This document shows positions 40,048-49,924 of a stretch of DNA of 64,000 nucleotides, piece after piece. Both the position numbers and the translations under genes were made by a program. Position 1 is the stretch's first letter, and each line of letters starts with the position of its first letter. Source of the stretch: a virus. The DNA lies in IMG/VR virus record IMGVR_UViG_3300032304_000826, positions 38,348 through 102,347 of that record; one strand, written 5' to 3'. Below the pieces are notes generated by a model that saw only the letters and a program-made list of their open reading frames with translations, was not told the origin of the DNA and made no database searches.

Positions 40048-40396
40048 TTGAGGCACGGCAGAATGCAGTAGGTTTATTATTTGACCTCTATATTGCTGTA
40101 ACTTAATAGAAAAAGTACTATCACTGTGCGTTATGTGATCTTCTTGTTCAGAGTTATATAAGTGAAACGAAAGTGCACGCTAGCGTAAGCCAAAAAACGT
40201 TTTAAGTATATATACACCTGTCCGAAGATGGACGACAATACCATATTGGAAATTTTGAGGGTCCTAGATGTATATCGATGTGCATCGACGCGTATATGTT
40301 CTATTCAATAAATAACTGTGTTCTGTTCTCAAACCCTCAGGCCATAGCATGTCAGACTAACGGTGCTATGGCTTGAGGGCTCATAACTATAGGAGG
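40048..40396 (+). ncRNA. Closing-stem cassette 5 with 17-bp hairpin and RBS
   Basis: TTGAG..GCAGAATGCAGT pairs with ACTGTGTTCTGT-TCTCAA; CCCTCAGGCCATAGCAT/GTGCTATGGCTTGAGGG; ATAACTATAGGAGG. Confidence 0.6.
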
Positions 40397-40400
40397 AACA

Positions 40401-40592
40401 ATGTCAGACCCATTTGAAGAAGCCGAAAAAATCAAGTACATTGAAGAACAATGTGATGCAGCAAAACTAGTAATAGAAGCAGCAACGGAAGATGATGTGT
40501 TATACGAACTTATATCTGAGTGGACTAAAAACAAAATAGCTTCTTACGAGATGACAATCATAGCCCGTAATAAGTATCTAGACGAAGACTAA
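40401..40592 (+). CDS. Small acidic protein
   Basis: AGGAGG RBS. Confidence 0.6.
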   Translation: MSDPFEEAEKIKYIEEQCDAAKLVIEAATEDDVLYELISEWTKNKIASYEMTIIARNKYLDED

Positions 40593-40600
40593 CCTCCCCG

Positions 40601-40641
40601 GCGTGAGTGGCACACTTTGAGGTTCGAGTCCTCTACACGCA
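40601..40641 (+). ncRNA. tRNA minihelix-like element (acceptor and T arm only)
   Basis: GCGTG..GAGG-TTCGAGT-CCTC..CACGC-A with a canonical T loop. Confidence 0.5.
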
Positions 40642-40699
40642 CGGCGGGCGACTACATTGGGTAGTTGCCTTAGCTGCAAAGAAAGTGGAAGGACAGATT

Positions 40700-42109
40700 A
40701 TGAAAATAGCTGTTTTCGTAGAAACGTATACGCCGACTATGGGAGCTGATCATCGTCAAGTAATGATGATTCCTCATAACGACACAGTCCGTGTCTTTTC
40801 TCGTTTGAGCGATGGCAATAAAGGTTATGGCAATCGCTGGGATGAATCAGACATAGAAACTGTAGTGAACGCTATGGACTCAAGTGAAACCATCACTTGT
40901 ATTCCATCAGGTGTTCGACTCACTGCTAAAGATATTGAGGCGCTTGACCTTAAAGGTTATGCACCAGTCCTCATGACTAAAGCGGTCAACGCACACCTTA
41001 AGTCACTACCGTTTGATGAAGAGACAGACGCTGCAGAGCGTATCTGTGCTCTTTATCAAGACGTATCTGTTCAGAGTTCTAGCCTTGAAGATCTAATCAT
41101 TGATCTTCGTAGCCAGGCTCCGGCATCACCGTTCCTTCCGCAGTCTGCTTCAACACAAACATCCACGGCCAATAACCTTGATGAACTACCTCGTGTAGCA
41201 CTCGCAAGTATCCCCCCAATGGATCGCGCTAAAGCCTATATCAGTCGTGACATCGTAGGTATTCAAGACCTCGAAGTTTACGACAAGGCTCGCGCTAACA
41301 AGTTTGATGTGCTTATCTACGGGCCAACCGGTCCAGGTAAGACATCATCCGTAGTTGCATGGGCTGCATCACGGAAGCTACGTATGGCAACTGTATCTGG
41401 TAACGCTGCACTCGAACCAAGCCAACTCATCGGTAAGTATATTCCCGATGGCAAAGGTGGCTTTGTATGGATTGACGGCCCAGTAACAGACGTTGTACGT
41501 AATGGCGGTGTTCTATGTCTTGATGAGGTTAACTTCATCAGTCCTAAGATCTATACCGTCTTGTATTCGTTGCTTGATGACCGCCGTTGTTTAATTCTTC
41601 TCGACCATATGGGCGAGACTGTAGAGGCTCATCCAGACCTCACAATCTTTGCGACTATGAATCCAAACTACATTGGCACTACGCCTTTGAACTTTGCATT
41701 CCGCAATCGCTATGTCGTACAAATCCCTTGGGACTATGACGATAAGGTCGAAGACAAGCTTGTGAAGTCACAGGCACTCAAGATTCTAAAGAATCAATTG
41801 CGTGCTGAGGCTAACAAGGGTGAGTTCGAGACACCAATCTCAACTAACATGCTGATGGAGTTCGAAAAGCTCGTCAAGGTGTTCAGCTTTGAGTTTGCAG
41901 TTGAGAACTTCATTGCCCACTTCGAACTAGAAGAACAAGACAAGGTGCGCCTTGTATTCACTACACATGAATACAATCTGAAGTCTGATTTTGAACTAGT
42001 TGAAATACTAGATCAAGATAAGGGTGAAGATAGTGCTGGCCTCGGAGAAGGCATTATTGCCGAGGTTGAGAACTGGTTGACATCAAACAACACTCCAACT
42101 AATCCATAA
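40700..42109 (+). CDS. MoxR/CbbQ/CobS-type AAA+ ATPase
   Basis: GPTGPGKT, WIDGPV, LCLDEVN, ATMNP, AFRNRY; start reassigned to ATG 40700. Confidence 0.88.
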   Translation: MKIAVFVETYTPTMGADHRQVMMIPHNDTVRVFSRLSDGNKGYGNRWDESDIETVVNAMDSSETITCIPSGVRLTAKDIEALDLKGYAPVLMTKAVNAHLKSLPFDEETDAAERICALYQDVSVQSSSLEDLIIDLRSQAPASPFLPQSASTQTSTANNLDELPRVALASIPPMDRAKAYISRDIVGIQDLEVYDKARANKFDVLIYGPTGPGKTSSVVAWAASRKLRMATVSGNAALEPSQLIGKYIPDGKGGFVWIDGPVTDVVRNGGVLCLDEVNFISPKIYTVLYSLLDDRRCLILLDHMGETVEAHPDLTIFATMNPNYIGTTPLNFAFRNRYVVQIPWDYDDKVEDKLVKSQALKILKNQLRAEANKGEFETPISTNMLMEFEKLVKVFSFEFAVENFIAHFELEEQDKVRLVFTTHEYNLKSDFELVEILDQDKGEDSAGLGEGIIAEVENWLTSNNTPTNP

Positions 42110-42118
42110 GGAGTAATC

Positions 42119-44080
42119 ATGGGATACCACGATGAGATAGACACTGGGTATCACGGTGAGACTCGAACAGAAGAGAAACAAAAGCGGGCTCTACGTCTAG
42201 GCACACTTGCAAGAGTGTATCAAGGCGCAGACCGAATTCTTACTGGCGATCCACTAGTGGTAAACATAGTTGACAGCGGACCAGCACCTGCTTGGTCCGA
42301 TGGCGCATCCATAACTCTCAATGCTGAATACATCAATGAGATGGACTTGGAAACGCTAGTACAAATTAACGGCCTCAATTACCATGAGCTAGCCCATCAT
42401 TTGTACACACCACGTAAAGGTACTCCGTTAGTACAGTGGGTTATCGAGAATGATCTATTCCAATCGTTCAATATATTGGAAGATCAACGTATCGATACCT
42501 TGCTGTGTGCACGTTATCCATCAATCATGCCATTCTTGGAAGCTACAGTCTTACGGTATCTAGCCGATAAGCCTGAAGAAGCCATTGGTAATTACTTGGT
42601 GGTGCGTGGTCGTAAGTATCTACCAGTTGAGGTACGGCAAGGCTTTAGAGATATCTTTATAAGGCCTGACCTAATACCAGCCATCTGCAGAATAGTTGAT
42701 GAGTATCGAGTGCTCGCATTCCCTAGGGATTATGCGCGAGCGCAAGAACTTATCAAACAACTGCAAGATGAAGTATTAGTTCACTTGCCTATCCCTTGTT
42801 CAGGCGGCATATCACAATGCGGCCATAGGTCTCCTATACAAAAAGGCAGACCAGAACCTGGCAAGATGCAGGAGTATGACTCAAAGAGAGCTAAAGGAAT
42901 GGGCGTCAGTGAAGACGAGTACGTACCTAGAACCTCTCAAGAGAAGCAACAGCTTGATGAATTGCTAGATGAAGTAGACAGAATGTCAACTGCTCCCGGC
43001 AATGTTAATGACAATGAAGATGGAGAAGATCCTTTAGGTAAAGATCCTCTTGCTGATCTAAACAATCAGATTAAAACATCTCAAGATGCGTTAGCCAAGC
43101 GTGAGGCTTCAATATACTCAACACCATCTGTTGGTCAAGGACATATAGATAGTGTGGGAGGAATCCCAGATGATCTACAAATTACGCTAAACAATGCCCT
43201 GAACAAGGTGCATGAGCGTAAGGATGTTCTAGCCGATGTTAAGCGCAAGCAAAGCATTGTAATCGGTGGTGATGATAAAGGCGGAGAAACTGGTAGGCCT
43301 GGCAAGTTTGATAAGGCAGACGTACCTAGTGCCGCAATGGTTGCTTATCGTAAGTTCGCACACGAACTTCAAAAGCTTCGTGATGACGCAGAACCATTCT
43401 GGGTTAAGGAGATGCCTTCCGGCAAACTCAATGTACCTAGACTTATGCGTGGCGAGGTTGAGGTAGGCAAAGCCTTTGACCGCTGGACTGAACAAGACGA
43501 CAGCACAGATATCGAAGCAATCATCTGCGTTGACCGTTCAGGCTCAATGGGCAGTGGCAATAACGATCAGATGGCATCCATTGCCTGCTGGACTATCAAG
43601 CGTGCCTTAGAGCATATAGATTGTCCAGTAACAGTGTATGCATTTGACGACAAGACTGAGGTGGCTTACTCTCGTACAGAGAAAGCAGACAAGACTCAGT
43701 TTAAATTCATCTATGGCAGCGGTGGTACAGAACCATACGAGTCTCTAATCCTAGCGGAAAAGACTCTTATGTCCTCTACCCGTAGCAATAAGATGTTGTT
43801 CATCATTACTGATGGTGTGTTCAACACAAACAAAAATGATGAAGTCATAGCGCGTATGGCAAAACGAGGAATCCTAACCTCTCTTGTACTAATCATGAGA
43901 ACCAAGGACTACTTAGATGCTAAACGATCCAATGAGGAGGCCATTGCCGAAGGCAGGTCTGCACGTTGGGAGCTAAGACATGGGGCAGAAATATTCGGTA
44001 ACGTTAATAGCGCTGCCGATCTAGTCCCCCTAGCCCGTGCAATCGTAACCGGAGCAATCCGCAAGAAATCAAGGAGGTAG
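42119..44080 (+). CDS. vWA-domain partner protein (CobT-like) with N-terminal HExxH
   Basis: HELAHH, NILED, MIDAS DRSGSM, GGT, ITDG. Confidence 0.85.
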   Translation: MGYHDEIDTGYHGETRTEEKQKRALRLGTLARVYQGADRILTGDPLVVNIVDSGPAPAWSDGASITLNAEYINEMDLETLVQINGLNYHELAHHLYTPRKGTPLVQWVIENDLFQSFNILEDQRIDTLLCARYPSIMPFLEATVLRYLADKPEEAIGNYLVVRGRKYLPVEVRQGFRDIFIRPDLIPAICRIVDEYRVLAFPRDYARAQELIKQLQDEVLVHLPIPCSGGISQCGHRSPIQKGRPEPGKMQEYDSKRAKGMGVSEDEYVPRTSQEKQQLDELLDEVDRMSTAPGNVNDNEDGEDPLGKDPLADLNNQIKTSQDALAKREASIYSTPSVGQGHIDSVGGIPDDLQITLNNALNKVHERKDVLADVKRKQSIVIGGDDKGGETGRPGKFDKADVPSAAMVAYRKFAHELQKLRDDAEPFWVKEMPSGKLNVPRLMRGEVEVGKAFDRWTEQDDSTDIEAIICVDRSGSMGSGNNDQMASIACWTIKRALEHIDCPVTVYAFDDKTEVAYSRTEKADKTQFKFIYGSGGTEPYESLILAEKTLMSSTRSNKMLFIITDGVFNTNKNDEVIARMAKRGILTSLVLIMRTKDYLDAKRSNEEAIAEGRSARWELRHGAEIFGNVNSAADLVPLARAIVTGAIRKKSRR

Positions 44081-44084
44081 AATC

Positions 44085-45462
44085 ATGGCATACTCTAAAC
44101 TCATACTGGACGCATTAGTGCACAACCCAGATGACAAAGATGTATCACGCATGGTAGTGATTATAAACGAAAGCGCTGTCTATCAAGACTTCGCTGACTT
44201 TCATAAGCATGACCCAGAATGGTGGGAAGCTCTTGCTAACAAAATATATGAGACATCTGCATATCCAAAGATGGCGTTAGCCCCACTTACAATAGCCGCA
44301 AGTCAATACCTCTGCGATCCAGAGCATGAACTTGAGGATAAAATCGTTCCCCTAATATCAAAAGCAATGGCGATAAATGACGATCATCAACCGACTCAAC
44401 GCCTCGCTAAAATCACTCTAGCACTCAAGATGGGTGGAATGGAAAGACCAGATGTTAAAGACATCCGGGATAACGTTCTACCTAAAGTCCTCTCCCTGGT
44501 TAAGCAACTAGACAAAAAGTTAGCGTTAGCTCAGGAGGAATAATGCAAGAGTACAAAGAAACACCTGTGTTTTATCGTAGGTGGGCTCGTGTACGTAACT
44601 GGCAAGAAGCAGCGAAGTGGATAGGGGGCGGACGAAGTTCTATAGACCGTCCCCTGTATCACCACAGCTTAGGCATAGCTTACGTAGACCCCGCAAATAA
44701 AAATTCAGACATAGTATTAAACTATCGCTGGAGACAATTACACCGCAAGTTCCAACAACCTGGCGAATACATAGTCAGGTTTACAAAAGATGGTAGAACT
44801 TTTATAAGCGCATCTGTAGGATACAGCAGAGCACAGAGACGCATTATGGAAGAATACGCTAATCTAGTTGACGTTAGATGGGATTACTATAATAAGGCCC
44901 TAGTCATACGACAACCAGATGACCCAATAAACAGCAGCAAAGGATTACGAAAATGCCGCAGATGTGATGGGTCCAAGAAAGAAATCTATACCTGTTCAAT
45001 GGGTTTTTGGACTAGACCAGACCCACAAATGCCCTCACATAATATATCTCGTGAGTGCGGTCATTACGAAGTAGGTGATCTACGTCGTGATGCCCCACAC
45101 CTTATTACAACAGCCTGTGTACGTTGTGAAGGTAAGGGAAAAACAGTACCTCTATCAAGAATACAAAGCTTTAAGTGGCGTCCGAATGAGCACGGTGCTT
45201 TTAAACCGTTAGAGGTAAACCCATCAACCAGCAAGTTAATACTAGAGGAGGAACTATGTACGTCGTAATAGATGTGATAACGTCTACATTAATAGGGCCA
45301 TTTGACGAAGAGCAAGAAGCTGTTGACTTTCAGCTTCATGCCTCTGACTTACTGGCTGATGTAGATGCTGGCTCAGAGCTAGAGATACACGAGCTATTCA
45401 CCCCACAAGACTGGGCATTCCAGAACCTTGATGAGGAGATAGCTTCTACCGCATCAATCTAG
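44085..45462 (+). CDS. Three hypothetical ORFs (44085-44543; 44543-45268 with CxxCxGxG Zn motifs; 45256-45462)
   Basis: Coupled ORFs with RBSs. Confidence 0.6.
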
Positions 45463-45507
45463 GATAGGCATCAACACAAACAACCGCAAACAAACAGGGA
45501 GGCAAAT

Positions 45508-46134
45508 ATGGAAAAAGTATGTAGAAACATAGTAACTATGTACTCTTCTGTTGAACGGATCAACGAAATCGTAGACTCACTTAAGACTGAGGATAGAGTT
45601 GTATCTTTCAACAAGCTTCTACCCACTCCACCAGAGTTAGTAGAAGCAGCTAAAACATTAACCTTAACGCCGTCATTAGTTGAGCGTTTTGGTGCTATGG
45701 ACGTAGGCAGCTGGCGTTTGAAGAACTGGGGCTGTCCCATAGACACAATGACTTCTGCGATAGTAGACGAAGCTGAGCTTGACTTTGCTTCTAAGCTTCC
45801 GCCAAAGTTATTAGATAAGCTAAGCGAAGAAGATAAGGCAGAAGCAAGATCATTTGAAAAGGCAGTTGCAATCTCGTTTGAAACAACCGAGACTCCAAAT
45901 GCTTTTGTATTAGCCCTATCAGAAAAGTTTCCGGACATGCGTATGCACTACTCGTACGATAGTGATTCGGAAGATGTCTCGGGATGGCTCGTCGCCTCAA
46001 ACGGCGAAGTGCATACTCACGAGCATTACAATAATTGCCTAACGGTGATTAAGCTACACATCGAGTCATTTAGCAGAGATCACAGCAGCCGGCTGACGAC
46101 TCTGTTAACTGAGGAAGATGAAGACTCAAACTAG
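45508..46134 (+). CDS. YubB/DUF1281-like protein
   Basis: FNKLLPTP.EL, WRLKNWG, ISFET..P, LSEKFPD motifs. Confidence 0.6.
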   Translation: MEKVCRNIVTMYSSVERINEIVDSLKTEDRVVSFNKLLPTPPELVEAAKTLTLTPSLVERFGAMDVGSWRLKNWGCPIDTMTSAIVDEAELDFASKLPPKLLDKLSEEDKAEARSFEKAVAISFETTETPNAFVLALSEKFPDMRMHYSYDSDSEDVSGWLVASNGEVHTHEHYNNCLTVIKLHIESFSRDHSSRLTTLLTEEDEDSN

Positions 46135-46453
46135 TAGAAGGGGAAGTAACAAATGTCACAGCAAGACCCTTTCATCTCAATCCAGGTAACGTTCGAATGT
46201 CGCCTGTATCACGGCAGATTAAAAACTCCACTAAGCCTGGAGAATAACTTTCTGCTATACATACGCGACCAATTCACTACAGGCTGGCTTGACAGAAACC
46301 AATTGCGACCCGGGGAAGATATTTGCATTATAGATGCAAAGATTATTTCCGAATAGTTTGACACTTGACGGGCCCCTAGGCAATGCAGCCGTGCCGTATT
46401 GCCTAGGGGACTTAAGAACCCTAGTAGAGGAAGGAGTTCAAAGAAAGTATATC

Positions 46454-46975
46454 ATGGTGAATACATTCCTGCCTTATGCCGATGAAGTAAAGACAGCAAG
46501 GGCACTAGACGATAAACGCTTGGGTAAGCAACGTGTAGAGAGTCTACAAATATTAAAAGCTAACCTAGGTATGACACTCGGGTGGAGAAACCACCCAGCT
46601 GCAATAATGTGGAGAGGTCATGAGGGCCTCCTTTGCGTATACAATTTACGTATATGCGAAGAGTGGAAAGATCGTGGGTACCAAGATACGGTCTCAACAC
46701 AAACACAAGACATCATGAACACCTTAGGACCAACAGCCTTTAGACGGCCTTGGTGGTGGGGTAATCTTGATTTCCATAGAAGTCATCAATCAAACCTGAA
46801 CAGAAAAGATCCTCATCATTACAACTTTGATGTTCCTGATGACCTGCCATACCTATGGCCAAAAGAAAAAGGAATACTACTAACGAAGGAAGAATCACAT
46901 GCGATCAAAGCTCAATTACTCATTCAAGCTCGCAAAAAATCAAGAGAAGAGCGGAGCTTGGCTGGCAACGGTTGA
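46454..46975 (+). CDS. Pyrimidine-dimer glycosylase-like protein (MSMEG_6728 family)
   Basis: TFLPY, LDDKRLGKQRVE..QIL, WRNHPA..MW.GHE, HRSHQSNL.RKDP..Y; preceded by a 14-bp hairpin at 46375-46410. Confidence 0.8.
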   Translation: MVNTFLPYADEVKTARALDDKRLGKQRVESLQILKANLGMTLGWRNHPAAIMWRGHEGLLCVYNLRICEEWKDRGYQDTVSTQTQDIMNTLGPTAFRRPWWWGNLDFHRSHQSNLNRKDPHHYNFDVPDDLPYLWPKEKGILLTKEESHAIKAQLLIQARKKSREERSLAGNG

Positions 46976-47590
46976 GATAACTGGAGACTCAGATGCAGTA
47001 CCTGAGGAATCAGTTATTCAATCTGCTTGGACAAGCGTCGCCCCAGCAAAGCGCTGGTGTGCTCAGATGGTTAATCGTAAGTCTATCCGCTGGACAGCTG
47101 ATGAAGAAAGCAAAGTCTTTACAGCTGATGTAGAGGTTAAACTATGAAGACTATCTGGCAGTCAAGTGTAACGTCTGAAATGGTCAAAGATCTTGACCCT
47201 AACGAAATAGAAATCCTGATAGCTGACCTCGATGATGCTGTAATGCTTGTATGCCAGGACTTCAACATAGAGGGCTAATGTCAACTAGCAAAGACGATAT
47301 ACAAAAACAAGCAAACGAAGCTATGGATCGAATACGAGACATAGTACAAATAGAGAAGGAGTACATGCATGAGTTCTATCGAGAGGGAGATCTTGATCCA
47401 GAGTCAGATCCTGGAACACATGAACTTGACTATCTCAAGGATTAATCAACGCTTTAATGATTACCTTGAGCGCCAAACAAAAATAACCGAATGCGCCTTA
47501 TGTTACGGGCAAGGAGTTATCTATTACGGCAATGAGGATGATTATACGATTGAATCTTGCCCTGACTGCAACTACAAAGAAGAGAAATAA
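46899..47590 (+). CDS. Terminal small ORFs of the plus block (46899-47147, 47144-47278, 47278-47445, C-terminal CxxC ORF ending 47590)
   Basis: Coupled small ORFs. Confidence 0.5.
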
Positions 47591-47596
47591 AAAACT

Positions 47597-47640
47597 AATC
47601 CCAGGTTAGAGACCAATTGGCTGGTTTCTAACCTGGGATT
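47597..47640. terminator. Terminator at the convergence of the plus and minus blocks
   Basis: AATCCCAGGTTAGA/TCTAACCTGGGATT inverted repeat flanked by A and T runs. Confidence 0.75.
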
Positions 47641-47855
47641 GTTTGTGTCGGGACCGGGACCGGTGACGTGTGATTAGACGCAGGTGCAGTCGTTATCGCA
47701 ATCGCAGGGGGTGTCCCCCATACCGTCATCAATATCCTCATCTTCTAGGACATAGTCTTCTAATTCTTCAAATTCTTCATCATCTAACTCTTCCAATATA
47801 GCGTCATCTATATCTTCATCGATGAATGTCTCTTCTGTCATTGGTATTCCTCTCT

Positions 47856-49889
47856 TTAGGCGAACTTAATTTCACACACATCAGTTGTACAGTATTCCTC
47901 ACCAGCAGCATCTAACGCATTTCCATTATAGATAGGCGATAGGTCTATTGGCTTAAGTTTACCGACGTAATTATTATACTCTTCTTCGCTAATTTCAGTG
48001 TATGGTTGCTGAGGATATACGTCGTTACCCTTTGGTAAAAATGAGACGGTCTTCAGACGTCCTTCGTACATGTGTAGGATTGTCCCGATATGTTGGGACT
48101 CCGTATCGGTATTAAATGAGAGAGTAACTGAGACTGAGTTGTCCGCCCAGTATGCTTGGGCTAAAGCTGCCAAGTTAGCCTTCTCAAAGATAGATACAGA
48201 TTGCTCTGGGCGTACCGGAACCGACTTAATTGGGAAGTACACGACTGCCGTATTATTAGGATCCGTGACGGAGTCCTCTACTAGGTATTTAGCCTTTGTA
48301 AAGAGTTTTAACATTGGGTCAGACTTAGCAAATCTAATTGAGCGTAGGATGTATTGACCACCGATAGGCCAGTGAACTCCAGGAGTTTCTCCTGCCAGGA
48401 TTGACACAGTGCCGGAAGGCTTAATACTTGTAGTTTTGATTGACTCTCTGATACATAGCCATTCTGAGTACATCTTGTCCCACTTCTGGACTTCAGCGTA
48501 GCCAGTGTCTAACCACTCACGTAACTTAGGCAATCCCTGGGTATCAGCAAAGGCTGCTAATCCAGAGGCTGAACAACCGATACGGCGGTTACGCTGCATG
48601 ATTGCGTTAGTGTTTGGCCAGTGAGTAGGGATGAGTGTGACTGTCTTTGCGTAGAGATAGGCAAATTTGAGTGTACGCATATAGTCTTTAAGGTCTGTAT
48701 GGCGGTTGATATAGGTCTCAACGAGAGTACAACATTCGTAAGACTCCAAAGTCTGCTCCGCACATGGGTTGTAACCTGCAGCTCTGTAATCTTTATTATT
48801 CTCCGGATCGACCAGACGGCCGTACTTCCTTGAAACATCTAGCCAGATAAATCCAGGCTCACCGTTTAGGGCAATCGCCTCTACGAATGGGCTGTAATCC
48901 ATACCTACGGTTGCCTCTAAAGAGTTATTTGACATCCATCCCCAACCCGGCTTCTCTGGGTCATAGGAGTTTCTTTCAGGGAATACTGATGAATTCTTTA
49001 AGTCTACAAAGTCTTTATCGTCAGGTTGACCCAAGGCAAGTTCTGCTGAGCGGCGGACGTTTCCAGATACTACGCATACGCCAATAAGGTTTGCGATATC
49101 TACTATGTCCTTTGTACTTATTTTCTCTCCGGCTCGTCCCTTAAAGAGATTTGTAAGGGCCGTGTGGAGTCTCTCAAGTGGTTCGGATCCAGCTGCGGTT
49201 CCGCCGAACGTTTTGATTGGCGTGCCTGCTGGACGGATCTCTTTGTAATCAAATACTGGAGTCTTCGAATCTGGTCGTAGGTAGGCATTGATGACAAGGG
49301 AGACTGACTCAACCCACCCTTCTCTGGTATCTGGGACGACATATGCTTGCTCACCTTCTGGCTTATAAATTGTGAATTCTTTATTGACACCCTTGGTATC
49401 AAACCCTACCCCGACACCTAGCATTGACGCTTCCATCAAAAATGTAAACGGTGTGGATGGGTCGTTCTTGCTCATATCTGAAGTGCTTACAAAAGCACAG
49501 TTCTGTAGAGCGGCTGAGTTCTTGCCTTCCATTACGAAAGGGGTTCCCATCATCCAAAGTCCTCGGCCTGGCGGAGTCCACTTAAGATTGAACATACGGT
49601 CAAAAGCTTCTTGAGCTGAAGCCTGGGCTTGCTGACCATTCCAGGGAAGTCGATTAGTTTTACAGTGATCCTTCTGAATAGAATACATGCCCTCGATTAC
49701 TCGCTGGCAAACATCTACCCAAGTTTCTTTAGTGCCATCTTCTTTTAATCGTGAGTAAGTTCTCATAAAAGTAATTTCGCCTACCGAGTTTCCTCCGGCA
49801 TCTGTGTACCCCCAAGGTACTTTCTTATCCTTATACGATGCGACAAAATCTTCACTTAAATGAAACGAGAACACACAGACTCCAATCAA
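47856..49889 (-). CDS. nrdJ: Class II (B12-dependent) ribonucleotide reductase
   Basis: RTYSR, PPGRGLW, LQNCAF, VSGNVRRSA, NPCAEQ, KPSGTVS, C-terminal CTTDVC. Confidence 0.92.
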   Translation of the reverse strand: MIGVCVFSFHLSEDFVASYKDKKVPWGYTDAGGNSVGEITFMRTYSRLKEDGTKETWVDVCQRVIEGMYSIQKDHCKTNRLPWNGQQAQASAQEAFDRMFNLKWTPPGRGLWMMGTPFVMEGKNSAALQNCAFVSTSDMSKNDPSTPFTFLMEASMLGVGVGFDTKGVNKEFTIYKPEGEQAYVVPDTREGWVESVSLVINAYLRPDSKTPVFDYKEIRPAGTPIKTFGGTAAGSEPLERLHTALTNLFKGRAGEKISTKDIVDIANLIGVCVVSGNVRRSAELALGQPDDKDFVDLKNSSVFPERNSYDPEKPGWGWMSNNSLEATVGMDYSPFVEAIALNGEPGFIWLDVSRKYGRLVDPENNKDYRAAGYNPCAEQTLESYECCTLVETYINRHTDLKDYMRTLKFAYLYAKTVTLIPTHWPNTNAIMQRNRRIGCSASGLAAFADTQGLPKLREWLDTGYAEVQKWDKMYSEWLCIRESIKTTSIKPSGTVSILAGETPGVHWPIGGQYILRSIRFAKSDPMLKLFTKAKYLVEDSVTDPNNTAVVYFPIKSVPVRPEQSVSIFEKANLAALAQAYWADNSVSVTLSFNTDTESQHIGTILHMYEGRLKTVSFLPKGNDVYPQQPYTEISEEEYNNYVGKLKPIDLSPIYNGNALDAAGEEYCTTDVCEIKFA

Positions 49890-49924
49890 AGGGTAATAGC
49901 ACTGTTATCAGATAACAGCGCAGG

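Noticed and set aside
34710-40400. CRISPR or TIGR-like array
   Set aside because: No constant-length direct repeats with regular spacers; the repeats are inverted arms separated by genes. The Cas4-like and RuvC-like genes sit in a replication/recombination context.
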